Source: an uncultured Actinomycetes bacterium (GTDB lineage: Bacteria; Actinomycetota; Thermoleophilia; UBA2241). Taken from it: 64,000 nt of DNA. The position numbers and the translations under genes are program-made. Every line of letters begins with the position of its first letter. Position 1 is the first letter of the stretch. The notes under the pieces were generated by a model, which was not told the DNA's origin, made no database searches, and saw nothing but the letters and a program-made list of their open reading frames with translations. Location: the NCBI GenBank assembly GCA_963725665.1, contig CAVRZA010000001.1:256001-320000 (forward strand). The letters are read 5' to 3'. Below, piece by piece: positions 48,058 to 57,133 of this stretch.

Positions 48058-48941
48058 ATGAAGGCTTTCGACTACGTTCGCCCGTCATCTGTCGAAGAGG
48101 CCTGCTCGGCCCTGACGGCCCCCGACGGTCAGGTGAAGGTCCTGGCCGGCGGCACCGACGTCCTCGTCCAGATGAGGCTCGGGACCCTGCAGCCGCAGAC
48201 GCTGGTCAGCCTGAGGGACGTCCCCGACCTTGCCATCGTGCGCCTCGAGGACGACGGCGCGCTGACTATCGGCGCCGCCACCACACTCGGGGCGGTCGAG
48301 AACGCGCCTGCGGTGCGGGGCAGCTTCCCGGCGATCGGCGAGGCGGCCGCGTGCATCGGCTCGGTGCAAGTGCGCAGCCGGGCGACGGTGGGCGGCAACC
48401 TCTGCAACGCCGCCCCATCGGCCGACATGGCGCCCATCCTTCTCGTCTACGAGGCCGAAGCGATCATCACCGATGGGAGGGCGGAGCGCAGCGTGCCCTT
48501 GGAGAAGTTCTTCGCCGGGCCGGGGGAGACGGTGCTCGGACCGGGGGAGCTGCTCAAGGCCCTGCGTGTGCCCCCCCTCCCTCGCGAGCAGCCACGCCAA
48601 GTACTACAAGACCTTCCGCTCCGCCATGGACTGCTGCACCGTAGGCGTCGCCATCGCCGCGGTCTTCACGCCGGGCACGACGAGCCTCAGCGACGTCCGC
48701 CTGGCACTCGGGGCCGTGGCGCCCACGCCCGTCCGTGCAAGGCAGGCGGAGAGGATGGCGCTCGATCAGCCGCTCGACGAGGGGCTGATCGAGCGCGTGA
48801 GCGCCCAGGCCGCCGCGGAGGCCTGGCCGATCAGCGACGTGCGCGCCTCGGCCGAGTACCGTACGACGCTCGTGGAGGTGCTCACGAGGAGAGCCCTGAA
48901 GGCGCGCTCTCTCCTGGGCGGAGCAAGGAGGGCGAGGGTGA
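48058..48941 (+). CDS. Molybdenum hydroxylase FAD subunit (CoxM/XdhB-like), frameshifted
   Basis: [63 protein letters not shown]. Confidence 0.88.
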
Positions 48942-49421
48942 AGCGGGAGCTGCGCATCACGGTGAACGGCGACGAGCATCACCTGCTCGTCGACACGCGG
49001 CGCACGCTGCTCGAGGTCATCCGCGACGAGATCGGCCTGACCGGCACCAAGAACGGCTGCGGCGCCGGCGAGTGCGGCGCCTGCACGGTGCTGGTCGACG
49101 GTCTGCCGGTCAACTCCTGCCTGATGCTGGCCGACGAGGCCGACGGCCGGAGGTGACCACCATCGAGGGCCTCGCGGCCGGCGGCGAGCTCGCACCCCAT
49201 CCAGCGAGGCGTTCGTCGAGCACGGCGCCATCCAGTGCGGCTTCTGCACGCCCGGCATGGTCCTGTCCGCCAAGGCCCTGCTCGACCGCAACCCCGACCC
49301 GACGCGGGAGGAGATCCTGCAGGGGCTCTGGGGCAACCTCTGCCGCTGCACCGGCTACGTGAAGATCGTCGACGCCGTCGAAGCGGCGCGCGACATGCTC
49401 GCGGAGGTGGGGTCGCGATGA
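48938..49421 (+). CDS. Molybdenum hydroxylase [2Fe-2S] subunit (CoxS-like), frameshifted
   Basis: [37 protein letters not shown]; AAGGAG RBS before GTG 48938. Confidence 0.88.
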
Positions 49422-51737
49422 CGACGACGATAGAGGAGAAGCAGAGGCAGACCAGCGTCATCGGGCAACGGCTGCCGCGCATCGACGCCATCCCGAAGGT
49501 CTCCGGCGAGGCGCAGTACACCGTCGACCTCAACATGCCGCGGCATGCTCGTCGGCAAGATCCTGCGCAGCCCGCACCCGCACGCCCTGATCAGGTCGAT
49601 CGACACCTCGCTGGCGAGGCAGGTCAAGGGCGTGCGGGCGGTCATCACCGCCGACGACGTGCCCGACAACCTCTTCAGCTTCTTCCAGTGGCTGGCCGAC
49701 AAGCACATCCTCTGCATGGACAAGGTGCGCTACGTCGGCGACGAGGTGGCCGCGGTGGCCGCCGTCGACGAGGACACGGCCGAGGAGGCGATCTCGCCTG
49801 ATCAAGGTCGAGTACGAGGCGCTGCCGGCGGTCTTCGAGCTCGAAGAGGCGCATGCGACCCGGCGCGCCGCTGGTGCACGACGACAAGGAGAGCAACACG
49901 ACCTGGAGCGTCGACCGTCTCTTCGGCGACCCCGACACGGCGCTGCGCCGAGTGCGACTACGTCGTCGAGGGCACCTACGTCACCCATCAGGTGGCGCAC
50001 ACCTGCCTCGAGGTCGTCCAACTGCATCGCCAGGTGGGACAACAAGGACCGCCTCACCATCTGGACCAACGCCCAGGCACCGCACACGCAGCGACAGGAG
50101 GTGGCGCGCGTCCTGGGCATCCCGCTGCGCAACGTGCGCGTCATCAACTCGCACATGGGCGGCGGCTTCGGGTCGAAGCTGGTGATGGACATGAAGCTGC
50201 CCATCGCCGCCGTGCTGTCGAGGATCACCGGCCGCCCGGTGCGCATCGTCAACACCCGCAGCGAGGAGTTCATCGACGGCGCAAGACGCGCTACCCGTAC
50301 ACGATGCACCTGAAGACCGGGGCCACGAAGGACGGCCGCATCCTCGTGCGCGACCTGGAGCTGATCGGCGACGCCGGCGCCTACCACGACAAGGGGCCGG
50401 CCACCGTCAACTTCTCGAGCATGATGTTCGGCACCCTCTACAACGTGCCCAACATGCGCTTCCACGGCCAGCTCGTCTACACCAACAAGGAGATGGGCAC
50501 GGCGTTCCGCGGCTTCGGCAACCCGCAGGTGACGTTCGCCACCGAGTCGCAGATCGACGAGCTCGCCGAGAAGATGGGCATGGACCCGCTCGAGCTGCGC
50601 CTCAAGAACGCCAATCAGCCCATGCAGACCACGTTCACCGGCGCCGAGATCTCGGGCTGCGCCATGACGGAGTGCATGCTCGCCGCGGCCGAGGGCATCG
50701 GCTGGGAGGAGAAGAGGAAGCCGGCCGGGAAGAAGCCGCTCCGCGGCGTGGGCCTGGCCAACATGGTCCACACCGGAGGCGGCGGGCGCTTCTACGGCTA
50801 CAACTCGGCTGAGGCCTTCATCAAGCTCTCGGACGAGGGCACGGTGACGCTCATCACCTCCGCCCTCGACATGGGCCAGGGCGCCCACACCGCGATGGCG
50901 CAGATCGCCGCCGAGGAGCTCGGCGTGCCGCTGAGCGACATCAACGTCCTCTCCCACGACACCGACCTTACGCCCGTACGACCTGGGCTCCTGGGGGAGT
51001 CGGGCCAGCTTCATGAACGGGAACGCCGTCCTCGCGGCCGCCAGGGACGCGAAGCGCAACCTGGTCGAGGCCGCGGCCGAGATGCTCGAGGCCGATCCCC
51101 GAGGACATCCTCATCCAGGACGGCAAGATCTGGGTGAAGGGCTCGGCCGAGAAGCACGATCTCTCCGAGATCGTCGAGCCACGCCGTCAACGAGCACGGC
51201 GTCACCATCTCGGGCACCGGTCGCTTCGTCGACAGGCTGCCCGAGGGCTACACGATCCCGACCGCGTTCGCCAAGAACATCCCCTACTTCTCGTTCGGCA
51301 CGCAGGCGGCCGAGGTCGAGATCGACCCCGAGACGGGCCAGGTCCGGGTGCTCAAGGTGGTGGCGGCGCACGAGACGGGCACGACCATCAACCAGACCAT
51401 GGCCGAGGGGCAGATCGAGGGCGCCGTCGCACAGGGGATCGGCTTCGCCCTCATGGAGGAGCTCGTGCACGAGAACGGCAGGGTCGTGAACGACCGCTTC
51501 CTCGACTACAAGATCCCCAACATCGGCGACATGCCCGAGATCAAGGCGATCTGCGTCGAGAGCGTTGGCACGAACGGGCCGTTCGGCGCCAAGGGCATCG
51601 GCGAGCCGGGTCTGGTGCCCACGGCTCCCGCCATCGCCAACGCCGTCTTCGACGCCATCGGCGTGCGCTTCCACGAGCTGCCCATCACCCGGGAGAGAGT
51701 CCTCGAGGCCCTGAAGGAACGGCGAGCGGCGACGTAG
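49418..51737 (+). CDS. Molybdenum hydroxylase molybdopterin-binding large subunit (xanthine oxidase family), many frameshifts
   Basis: [76 protein letters not shown]. Confidence 0.88.
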
Positions 51738-51751
51738 ACGCACGAGGGGAC

Positions 51752-52601
51752 ATGGCCGGAGTGGCGCTGCGGGCCGTCGCCTGCGACACACTCGCCGACG
51801 CCCTCGGTCTGGGGAGTCGGGAGATGGTGGCGCTGGTCGGTGGCGGAGGCAAGACCAGCGCCGTCCGCCTGCTCGCCGGCGAGCTGAGCGTCGAGGGGCA
51901 GGCGCGTGCTGGTGGCCACGACGACGGCCATGTTCCTGCGCGAGATGACCGCCGTCGGCCCGGTGGTGATGGGCGCCGACGGCGACGGCGCTGACAGACG
52001 GATTGAGGAAGGCTCTTGGCGAAGGGACGGACGGCTTCGGTGGCGCGTTGCCGCGGTCGAGGGCGGCAAGGTGGCCGGTCTGTCTCCGGCCGCGTCGACG
52101 AGCTGTGGGCCGAGGGTCTGGTCGATCACCTGATCGTCGAGGCCGACGGAAGCCGGGGCAGGTCGCTGAAGGCCTTCGGACCTCACGAGCCGCAGGTGCC
52201 GGTCACGGCCACCACGATCGTGCAGGTGGCCGGACTGGACGCCCTCGGGGCGCCGCTCACCGACGAGCACGTGCACCGGTCGGAGACGCTCGCGGCGCTG
52301 CTCGCGATACCGCTCGGCTCCACGGTGACGGCGCGCGTCTTCGCCGACAGCCTGCGGGTGCAGGTGCGGCGACTGCGGCGAGAAGGGAGGGTGGCTCGCC
52401 TGGCCGCCCTGCTGAACAAGGCCGACGGCCCGGCCGAGCAGGCGTCGGGGCTGGCCGTCGCGGAAGAGTTGCTGGAGGGCGCTGCTCGGTGCCGACGGTG
52501 TGTCGACCGGCGGTGGCCGCCGGTGGCCCGACGCTCTCGTCATCGCGAGCCTGCGGGAGCGGCGCTTCGCCCGTGTGTCGACGACGGAGGGGCGGGCGTA
52601 G
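51752..52601 (+). CDS. yqeC: Selenium-dependent molybdenum hydroxylase accessory protein YqeC, frameshifted
   Basis: ALVGGGGKTS, LVATTTAM, IVEADGSRGRSLKA..HEPQVP, VAGLDALG, VHR, LLNKAD. Confidence 0.8.
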
Positions 52602-53229
52602 TGGCCGGCGACGAGGCGCGCGAAGCGAGGCCGGCGCGGCGTCTCCGTCGCGGCCGTCGTGCTGGCAGCCGGGCGCGCCACGCGCATGGGAGGGCAGAAG
52701 CTCCTGCTGCCGCTCGCGGGGCGGCCGCTGGTGCAGTGGGTCGTCGACGCGGCTCTCGGCTCCAAGGCCACCGAGACGATCGTCGTCGTCGGCCACGAGG
52801 CCGAGCGGGTGGCGGAGGTCCTCGAGGGCCGACCGGTGACCGTGGTCGTCAACTCGGACTACGAAGAAGGGCTTGAGCACCTCGCTCCAGGCGGGGGTGC
52901 GGGCGACGGGCACGGCCTGCGACGCGGCGGTCTTCTTGCTCGGCGACCAGCCGTTCGTCGACTCCGCGCTGTGTCGATCGCCTGATCGACCGGTTCGCGG
53001 AGTCGGGCGTGGAGGTCGTCCGGCCCGCTGATAGGCGATCGGCCGGCCCACCCGGTGCTGATGAGCGCCGGCTGTTCCCCGAGATCCTCGAGCAGCGCGG
53101 CGACGTGGGGGGCCGCGAGATCATCGAGCGGCATCCCGAGCGGGTCTGTCTGGTCCCGGTCGACGACCCCGCGTCGCCCAGGACATCGACTCGATGGAAG
53201 ACTACGAGGCGGCGAGGGAGAGCGCATGA
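52601..53229 (+). CDS. mocA: Molybdenum cofactor cytidylyltransferase (MocA-like), frameshifted
   Basis: VLAAGRATRMGGQKLLLPL, NSDYEEG, LGDQPF, GHPVL, GDVGGR, DID. Confidence 0.8.
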
Positions 53230-54070
53230 GGGAAGCGGACTCTACGCGAGGGTGGCCGAGCTCACCGGACAGGGACGCCGTTTCGTGCTGGCCACCATCA
53301 CCGACGTCAAGGGCTCGAGCCCCCGCGGCGTGGGCACGAAGATGCTGGTCATCAGGGACGGCTCGACCGTCGAGACCATCGGCGGGGGCGTGCTCGAGAG
53401 GCAGGCGATCGCGGACGCGCTCGCCTGTCTTGCCTCGGGGCGTCTCCCGCAGCGAACGCTACCAGTTGCGCGAGCAGGGCGACCACGCGCTCGGGGGACT
53501 GTGCGGGGGGGAGGTCACCGTCTTCTTCGAGCCGCACGTCCCCGCAGCACGCTCCTCATCGTCGGGCGCGGGCCACGTAGGCCAGGCGCTGTGCCGGTTC
53601 GCGGCGCTGCTCGACTACCGGGTGGTCGTCCTCGACTCCCGGGAGGACATGGTCATCGCGCGAGCGCTTCCCGAGGCCGAGCGAGCGCATCTGCGGCGAC
53701 CCGGCACGGACGGCCGAGCTGTTCGACATCGACGAGGACACGCACGTCGTCATCGTCACGCACGGTCACGTGCACGACCAGCGGCGCTGCGCTCGGTCAT
53801 CGACTCGCCGGCCGCCTACATCGGCATGATCGGCAGCGCGCAACAAGGTGCGGACGATCTTCGCCCGGCTTCGGGAGGACGGGCGTGGCCGCCGAGCTGC
53901 TCGACCGGGTCCACTCACCCATCGGCCTCGACATCGGCGCCGAGACGCCGGCCGAGCTCGCCCTCTGCATCATGGCCGAGATCGTGGCCGACCGGTACGG
54001 CAAGCTGGCGGCCGCGCACGCCGCGCTCGGCCGCCGGAGCGGGCGGCGGCCGAGGAGTCCCGCGCCGTGA
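53226..54070 (+). CDS. xdhC: XdhC/CoxI-family Moco chaperone, frameshifted
   Basis: GSSPRGVGTKM, TIGGGVLE, GGLCGG, GAGHVGQAL, VIVTHGH, YIGMIGS, SPIGLDIGAETPAELAL. Confidence 0.82.
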
Positions 54071-55033
54071 TCCCGCCGCGTCCAGCGGCCTCGACGACGC
54101 CGGCCGGCCGCGTGGCGCTCATCAAGGGTGCCGGCGACCTGGCCACCGGGGTGGCCTCTGCGCCTCCTGCGCTCGGGGTTCGCCGTGGTCATGACCGAGA
54201 TCGCCGCAGCCCACCGTCGTGCGACGGACGGTGGCCTTCGCCGAGGCCGTGTACGAGGGCCGCGACGGTGGTCGAAGGGGTGGAGGGAGTGAGGGTCGAG
54301 GCGGCCGAGCCGGATCGACGACCTCCTGGTCCGCGAAGCGGTGCCCGTGGTCGTCGATCCCGAGGCGGCGCGTGCTGCGCGAGCTCAGGCCCGCCCTGCT
54401 CGTCGACGCCATCGTGGCCAAGCGCAACCTGGGCACGCGCTGGGCGACGCCCCGGCGGTGGTCGCCCTGGGGCCGGGGTTCGTCGCCGGGCGCGACGTGC
54501 ACGCCGTGATCGAGACCAAGCGCGGTCACACGCTAGGCCGGGTCATCTTCGAGGGAGAGGCCCTGCCCAACACCGGCATCCCCGGAGAGGTGGGCGGCTT
54601 CGCGGAGGAGCGTGTGCTGCGTGCTCCCGGCGCGGGGGTCTTTCGCGGCGCGCGCGAGATCGGCGATCGGGTGAGTCGGGATGAGATCGTCGGCCACGTC
54701 GACGATCTCCCGGTCCCCGCGCGCCTGGACGGCGTGCTGCGTGGCTTGCTTCACTCGGGTGTCGCGGTGGGCGCCGGCTTCAAGGTGGGCGACGTCGATC
54801 CCCGCGCGCAGCGTGAGCACTGTTTCGTCGTCTCAGACAAGGCGCTGGCCATCGCTGGTGGAGTGCTCGAGGCCGCGTGCACCCTCCTCGGCGGCGTGCG
54901 CTTTGCGATGACAGAGACGCGACTGTATGAACGTGACGACAGAGACGCGACGGTGAGAGACGTGGCCGTCAGAGAGGCGACAGTGGGAGACGCGACAGAG
55001 ATCGACCGGAGGTCCGAAGGAGGTAGGCAGTGA
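54067..55033 (+). CDS. yqeB: Selenium-dependent molybdenum cofactor protein YqeB (EF2563 family), frameshifted
   Basis: IKGAGDLATGVA, VRRTVAFAEAVY, VDAIVAKRNLGT, ALGPGF, IETKRGHTLGRVI, PNTGIPG, KVGDVDPR, SDKALAIAGGVLEA. Confidence 0.85.
54941..55000 (+). repeat. Four degenerate 15-nt tandem units in the YqeB C-terminal tail
   Basis: AGAGACGCGACGGTG / AGAGACGTGGCCGTC / AGAGAGGCGACAGTG / GGAGACGCGACAGAG, encoding RDATV RDVAV REATV GDATE. Confidence 0.65.
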
Positions 55034-56031
55034 AGTCCTATAGCACACTCATCAAGGGCGCACGCCTTGTCGTGGAGCGTTGCTTCGCTGTGAAGGAGGG
55101 CGACGCGTTGCTCATCATCGCCGACGAGGACCACGAACGTGAGGCCAAGGCCATCGCCGGGGTGGCGTACTCGCACGGCGCGTACCCCACGATCGCCGAC
55201 GTCTCGCACCATGTGAGCGCCGCGCTGGCGTCGATGGCCGTTGCCATGGAGCCGTCCAAGACGGTGGCGGCCGCCATGAAGGCCTCCGACGTGATCATCA
55301 TCACGACCAACCTCGAGTGGGCGAACCGCTTCGCCCACGTGAACCCGGTCGCCGAGAGTTGCGCCCTGGGTGCCAAGATCGGGTCGGTCGAGGAGGGCAT
55401 GGCGGACTGGGACCTCACCTTCGACGACATCGACGCGATCGTGGGTCGGGCCGAGAAGCTCATGGCGGCCATGGAGGGCGCTCGGTGGTGTCGCGTCACG
55501 AACCCGTCGGGCACCGACGTGCGCATCTGCATCGAAGATCGCCCGCCGCTCAAGGTTGTGCCCATCAAGGGCGCCGGTGAGATGATGGGTCCAGTGCCGC
55601 TGTGGGGCGAGGTCGCCTACGCGGCGCGCGAGGACAAGACCGTCGGCACCATCGTGGTCGACGGCATCATGCTCGGCGTCGGGGTCTACGGGTCGCTCAA
55701 GGAGCCCATCACGTGGACCATCGAGGACGGACGCGCCGTGAAGATCGAGGGCGGGCCCGAGGCGGAGCGCCTCAGGAGCGTCATCGCCGATTCCGACGAC
55801 ATGGCCGACGTGGTCGCCGAGTTCGCCATCGGCACGAGCCACAAGGAGGTCTTCGGCTCACCCTCCGAGAAGGGCATGATGGGCACCACGCACTTCGCCC
55901 TGGGCGACAACTCGCACGCCTATCCGGGAGGACAGAGCCGCAGCCGGTTGCACCTCGACGGCTCGGTACGCGACGTGACCATCGAGGTCGACGGGAAGGT
56001 CGTCATCAAGGACGGTGCCCTTGTCATCTGA
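55030..56031 (+). CDS. M29/aminopeptidase T (NicX-fold) metallohydrolase
   Basis: VKEGDALLIIAD, NPSGTD, GEVAY, GTIVVDG, AEFAIGTS, EKGMMGTTHFALGDN, HLD, IEVDGKVVIKDG. Confidence 0.82.
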   Translation: MKSYSTLIKGARLVVERCFAVKEGDALLIIADEDHEREAKAIAGVAYSHGAYPTIADVSHHVSAALASMAVAMEPSKTVAAAMKASDVIIITTNLEWANRFAHVNPVAESCALGAKIGSVEEGMADWDLTFDDIDAIVGRAEKLMAAMEGARWCRVTNPSGTDVRICIEDRPPLKVVPIKGAGEMMGPVPLWGEVAYAAREDKTVGTIVVDGIMLGVGVYGSLKEPITWTIEDGRAVKIEGGPEAERLRSVIADSDDMADVVAEFAIGTSHKEVFGSPSEKGMMGTTHFALGDNSHAYPGGQSRSRLHLDGSVRDVTIEVDGKVVIKDGALVI

Positions 56032-56032
56032 G

Positions 56033-56419
56033 ATGTCGGAGAGAGTAGTCGTGGTCGGGCTCGACGCCGGCAAGCGCAGCGACATCCCCGGCGGGAGCTG
56101 GGTCTGCGAACTGGTCTCGGGACCGCGCACGGGAGCGAGCGCCAGCATGCTGGGCTTCTCGAGCTGGGCTCCGGGAGCGGACACCAAGCAGCTCGTGCAC
56201 GAGGTCGACGAGCTGTGCTACATCGTGAGCGGCGAGGGCAAGCTCTCCGTGGGCGAGGAAGGCGTGCCGTTTCGCGCCGGGGAGGCGGTGTTCATCCCGG
56301 CCGGCGTGCCGCACGGCGTGGTGAACGACTCGACGGCCGAGATGACCATGGTCTACGTGTTCTCGCACCCCGAGTACCCGCCCACGCGTGAGGCCACCGA
56401 GGCTGAGAGAGGCGCGTGA
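56033..56419 (+). CDS. Cupin-domain protein
   Basis: VHEVDELCYIVSGEG; GEAVFIPAGVPHGVVN. Confidence 0.85.
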   Translation: MSERVVVVGLDAGKRSDIPGGSWVCELVSGPRTGASASMLGFSSWAPGADTKQLVHEVDELCYIVSGEGKLSVGEEGVPFRAGEAVFIPAGVPHGVVNDSTAEMTMVYVFSHPEYPPTREATEAERGA

Positions 56420-56438
56420 TCGGGCCGGGGCTGCCGTC

Positions 56439-57068
56439 GTGGGTCGTTCCGACGAGCGGCGGTCGCGGCTGAGTCACCGGGGCGAGCGCGGCGCCGCGCT
56501 CGTCGCCCTGGCCCTCGCCGCGCTCGTCGTACTGGCCGTCACGCTTCTCGGCGCCTGCTCGGAGTCCGCCCCCGGCGGGTCTCCTTCGCCATCGTCGGTG
56601 GGGGACGCGTTCCGTGCTGCGCACCCCTCGGGCGCCGTTCCGCCGGGGCTGAAGAGGGGCGGCGACGCGAGCCGCGCCGCGGAGCTGTTCGCGGCTCGCG
56701 TCGCCGCCGATCGCATCCTGCTCCCCGGCTGGCTGCCGCCAGACTACGGTCTTGCGGCGCCGTACGTCGGCATCGGGAGTGGCGTCGCCCTGCCCAACCC
56801 CTTCATCTGGGACGGCGGCTACCGCGTCTCCTACAGCGACGGTCGCGGCCTGATCCTGTTGCACGTGGGTTCAGGGCGCCTGCCCGGCGAGGGTGCCTGG
56901 CAGGCGCTGGCGCGCACGTGGCGCGGGACTACCTTACGGATGCGTATCGCGAACGGACTCACGACGGTGGCCTCCCGCGCCGGCGCCCGGCCGGTCGCCG
57001 TCGCCGTCGCCGGAGTCCCGGCCCCACGAGAGACGGCCGTCCGCGTGCTCCGCAGTCTCCGCAGGTGA
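56439..57068 (+). CDS. Hypothetical lipoprotein
   Basis: Hydrophobic stretch ending in lipobox LLGAC; ILLPGWLPPDY; start uncertain. Confidence 0.6.
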   Translation: MGRSDERRSRLSHRGERGAALVALALAALVVLAVTLLGACSESAPGGSPSPSSVGDAFRAAHPSGAVPPGLKRGGDASRAAELFAARVAADRILLPGWLPPDYGLAAPYVGIGSGVALPNPFIWDGGYRVSYSDGRGLILLHVGSGRLPGEGAWQALARTWRGTTLRMRIANGLTTVASRAGARPVAVAVAGVPAPRETAVRVLRSLRR

Positions 57069-57133
57069 CGGCGGTCGGCTGACCGAGAGTGCTGGGCGGT
57101 CGGGTCGTCTGCTCGACGAAGCGAATCCCCCGC

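Noticed and set aside
48473-49156. Apparent in-frame fusion of the FAD subunit C-terminus with the 2Fe-2S subunit
   Set aside because: An AAGGAG RBS and a GTGA start/stop overlap at 48938-48941 indicate two genes; the fusion is best explained by an indel near 48905.
48058-51737. 4-hydroxybenzoyl-CoA reductase (suggested by the adjacent UbiD)
   Set aside because: The FAD subunit lacks the Cys-rich [4Fe-4S] insertion after GGNLC, and the large subunit has hydroxylase-type AFRGFG and KGIGEP motifs. No benzoyl-CoA pathway genes are in the cluster.
37462-55033. Selenocysteine (UGA) recoding or programmed frameshifting in the redox genes
   Set aside because: The breaks are frame changes rather than in-frame TGA at Cys positions, they occur at scattered sites without slippery motifs, and YqeB/YqeC-type enzymes use non-Sec selenium.
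55030-56031. 2,5-dihydroxypyridine dioxygenase NicX
   Set aside because: It has Glu (AEFAIG) where NicX has a His iron ligand, plus further acidic ligands typical of hydrolases, and it sits among O2-sensitive enzymes.
31395-56419. Ordinary purine/pyrimidine catabolic cluster (BMP transporter + XDH + PreA + yqeBC)
   Set aside because: Not fully excluded but disfavoured: no nucleoside phosphorylase/hydrolase, deaminase, dihydropyrimidinase, allantoinase or carbamoyltransferase is present, and PPAT-like, two ADH, two AOR and UbiD genes have no role in those pathways.
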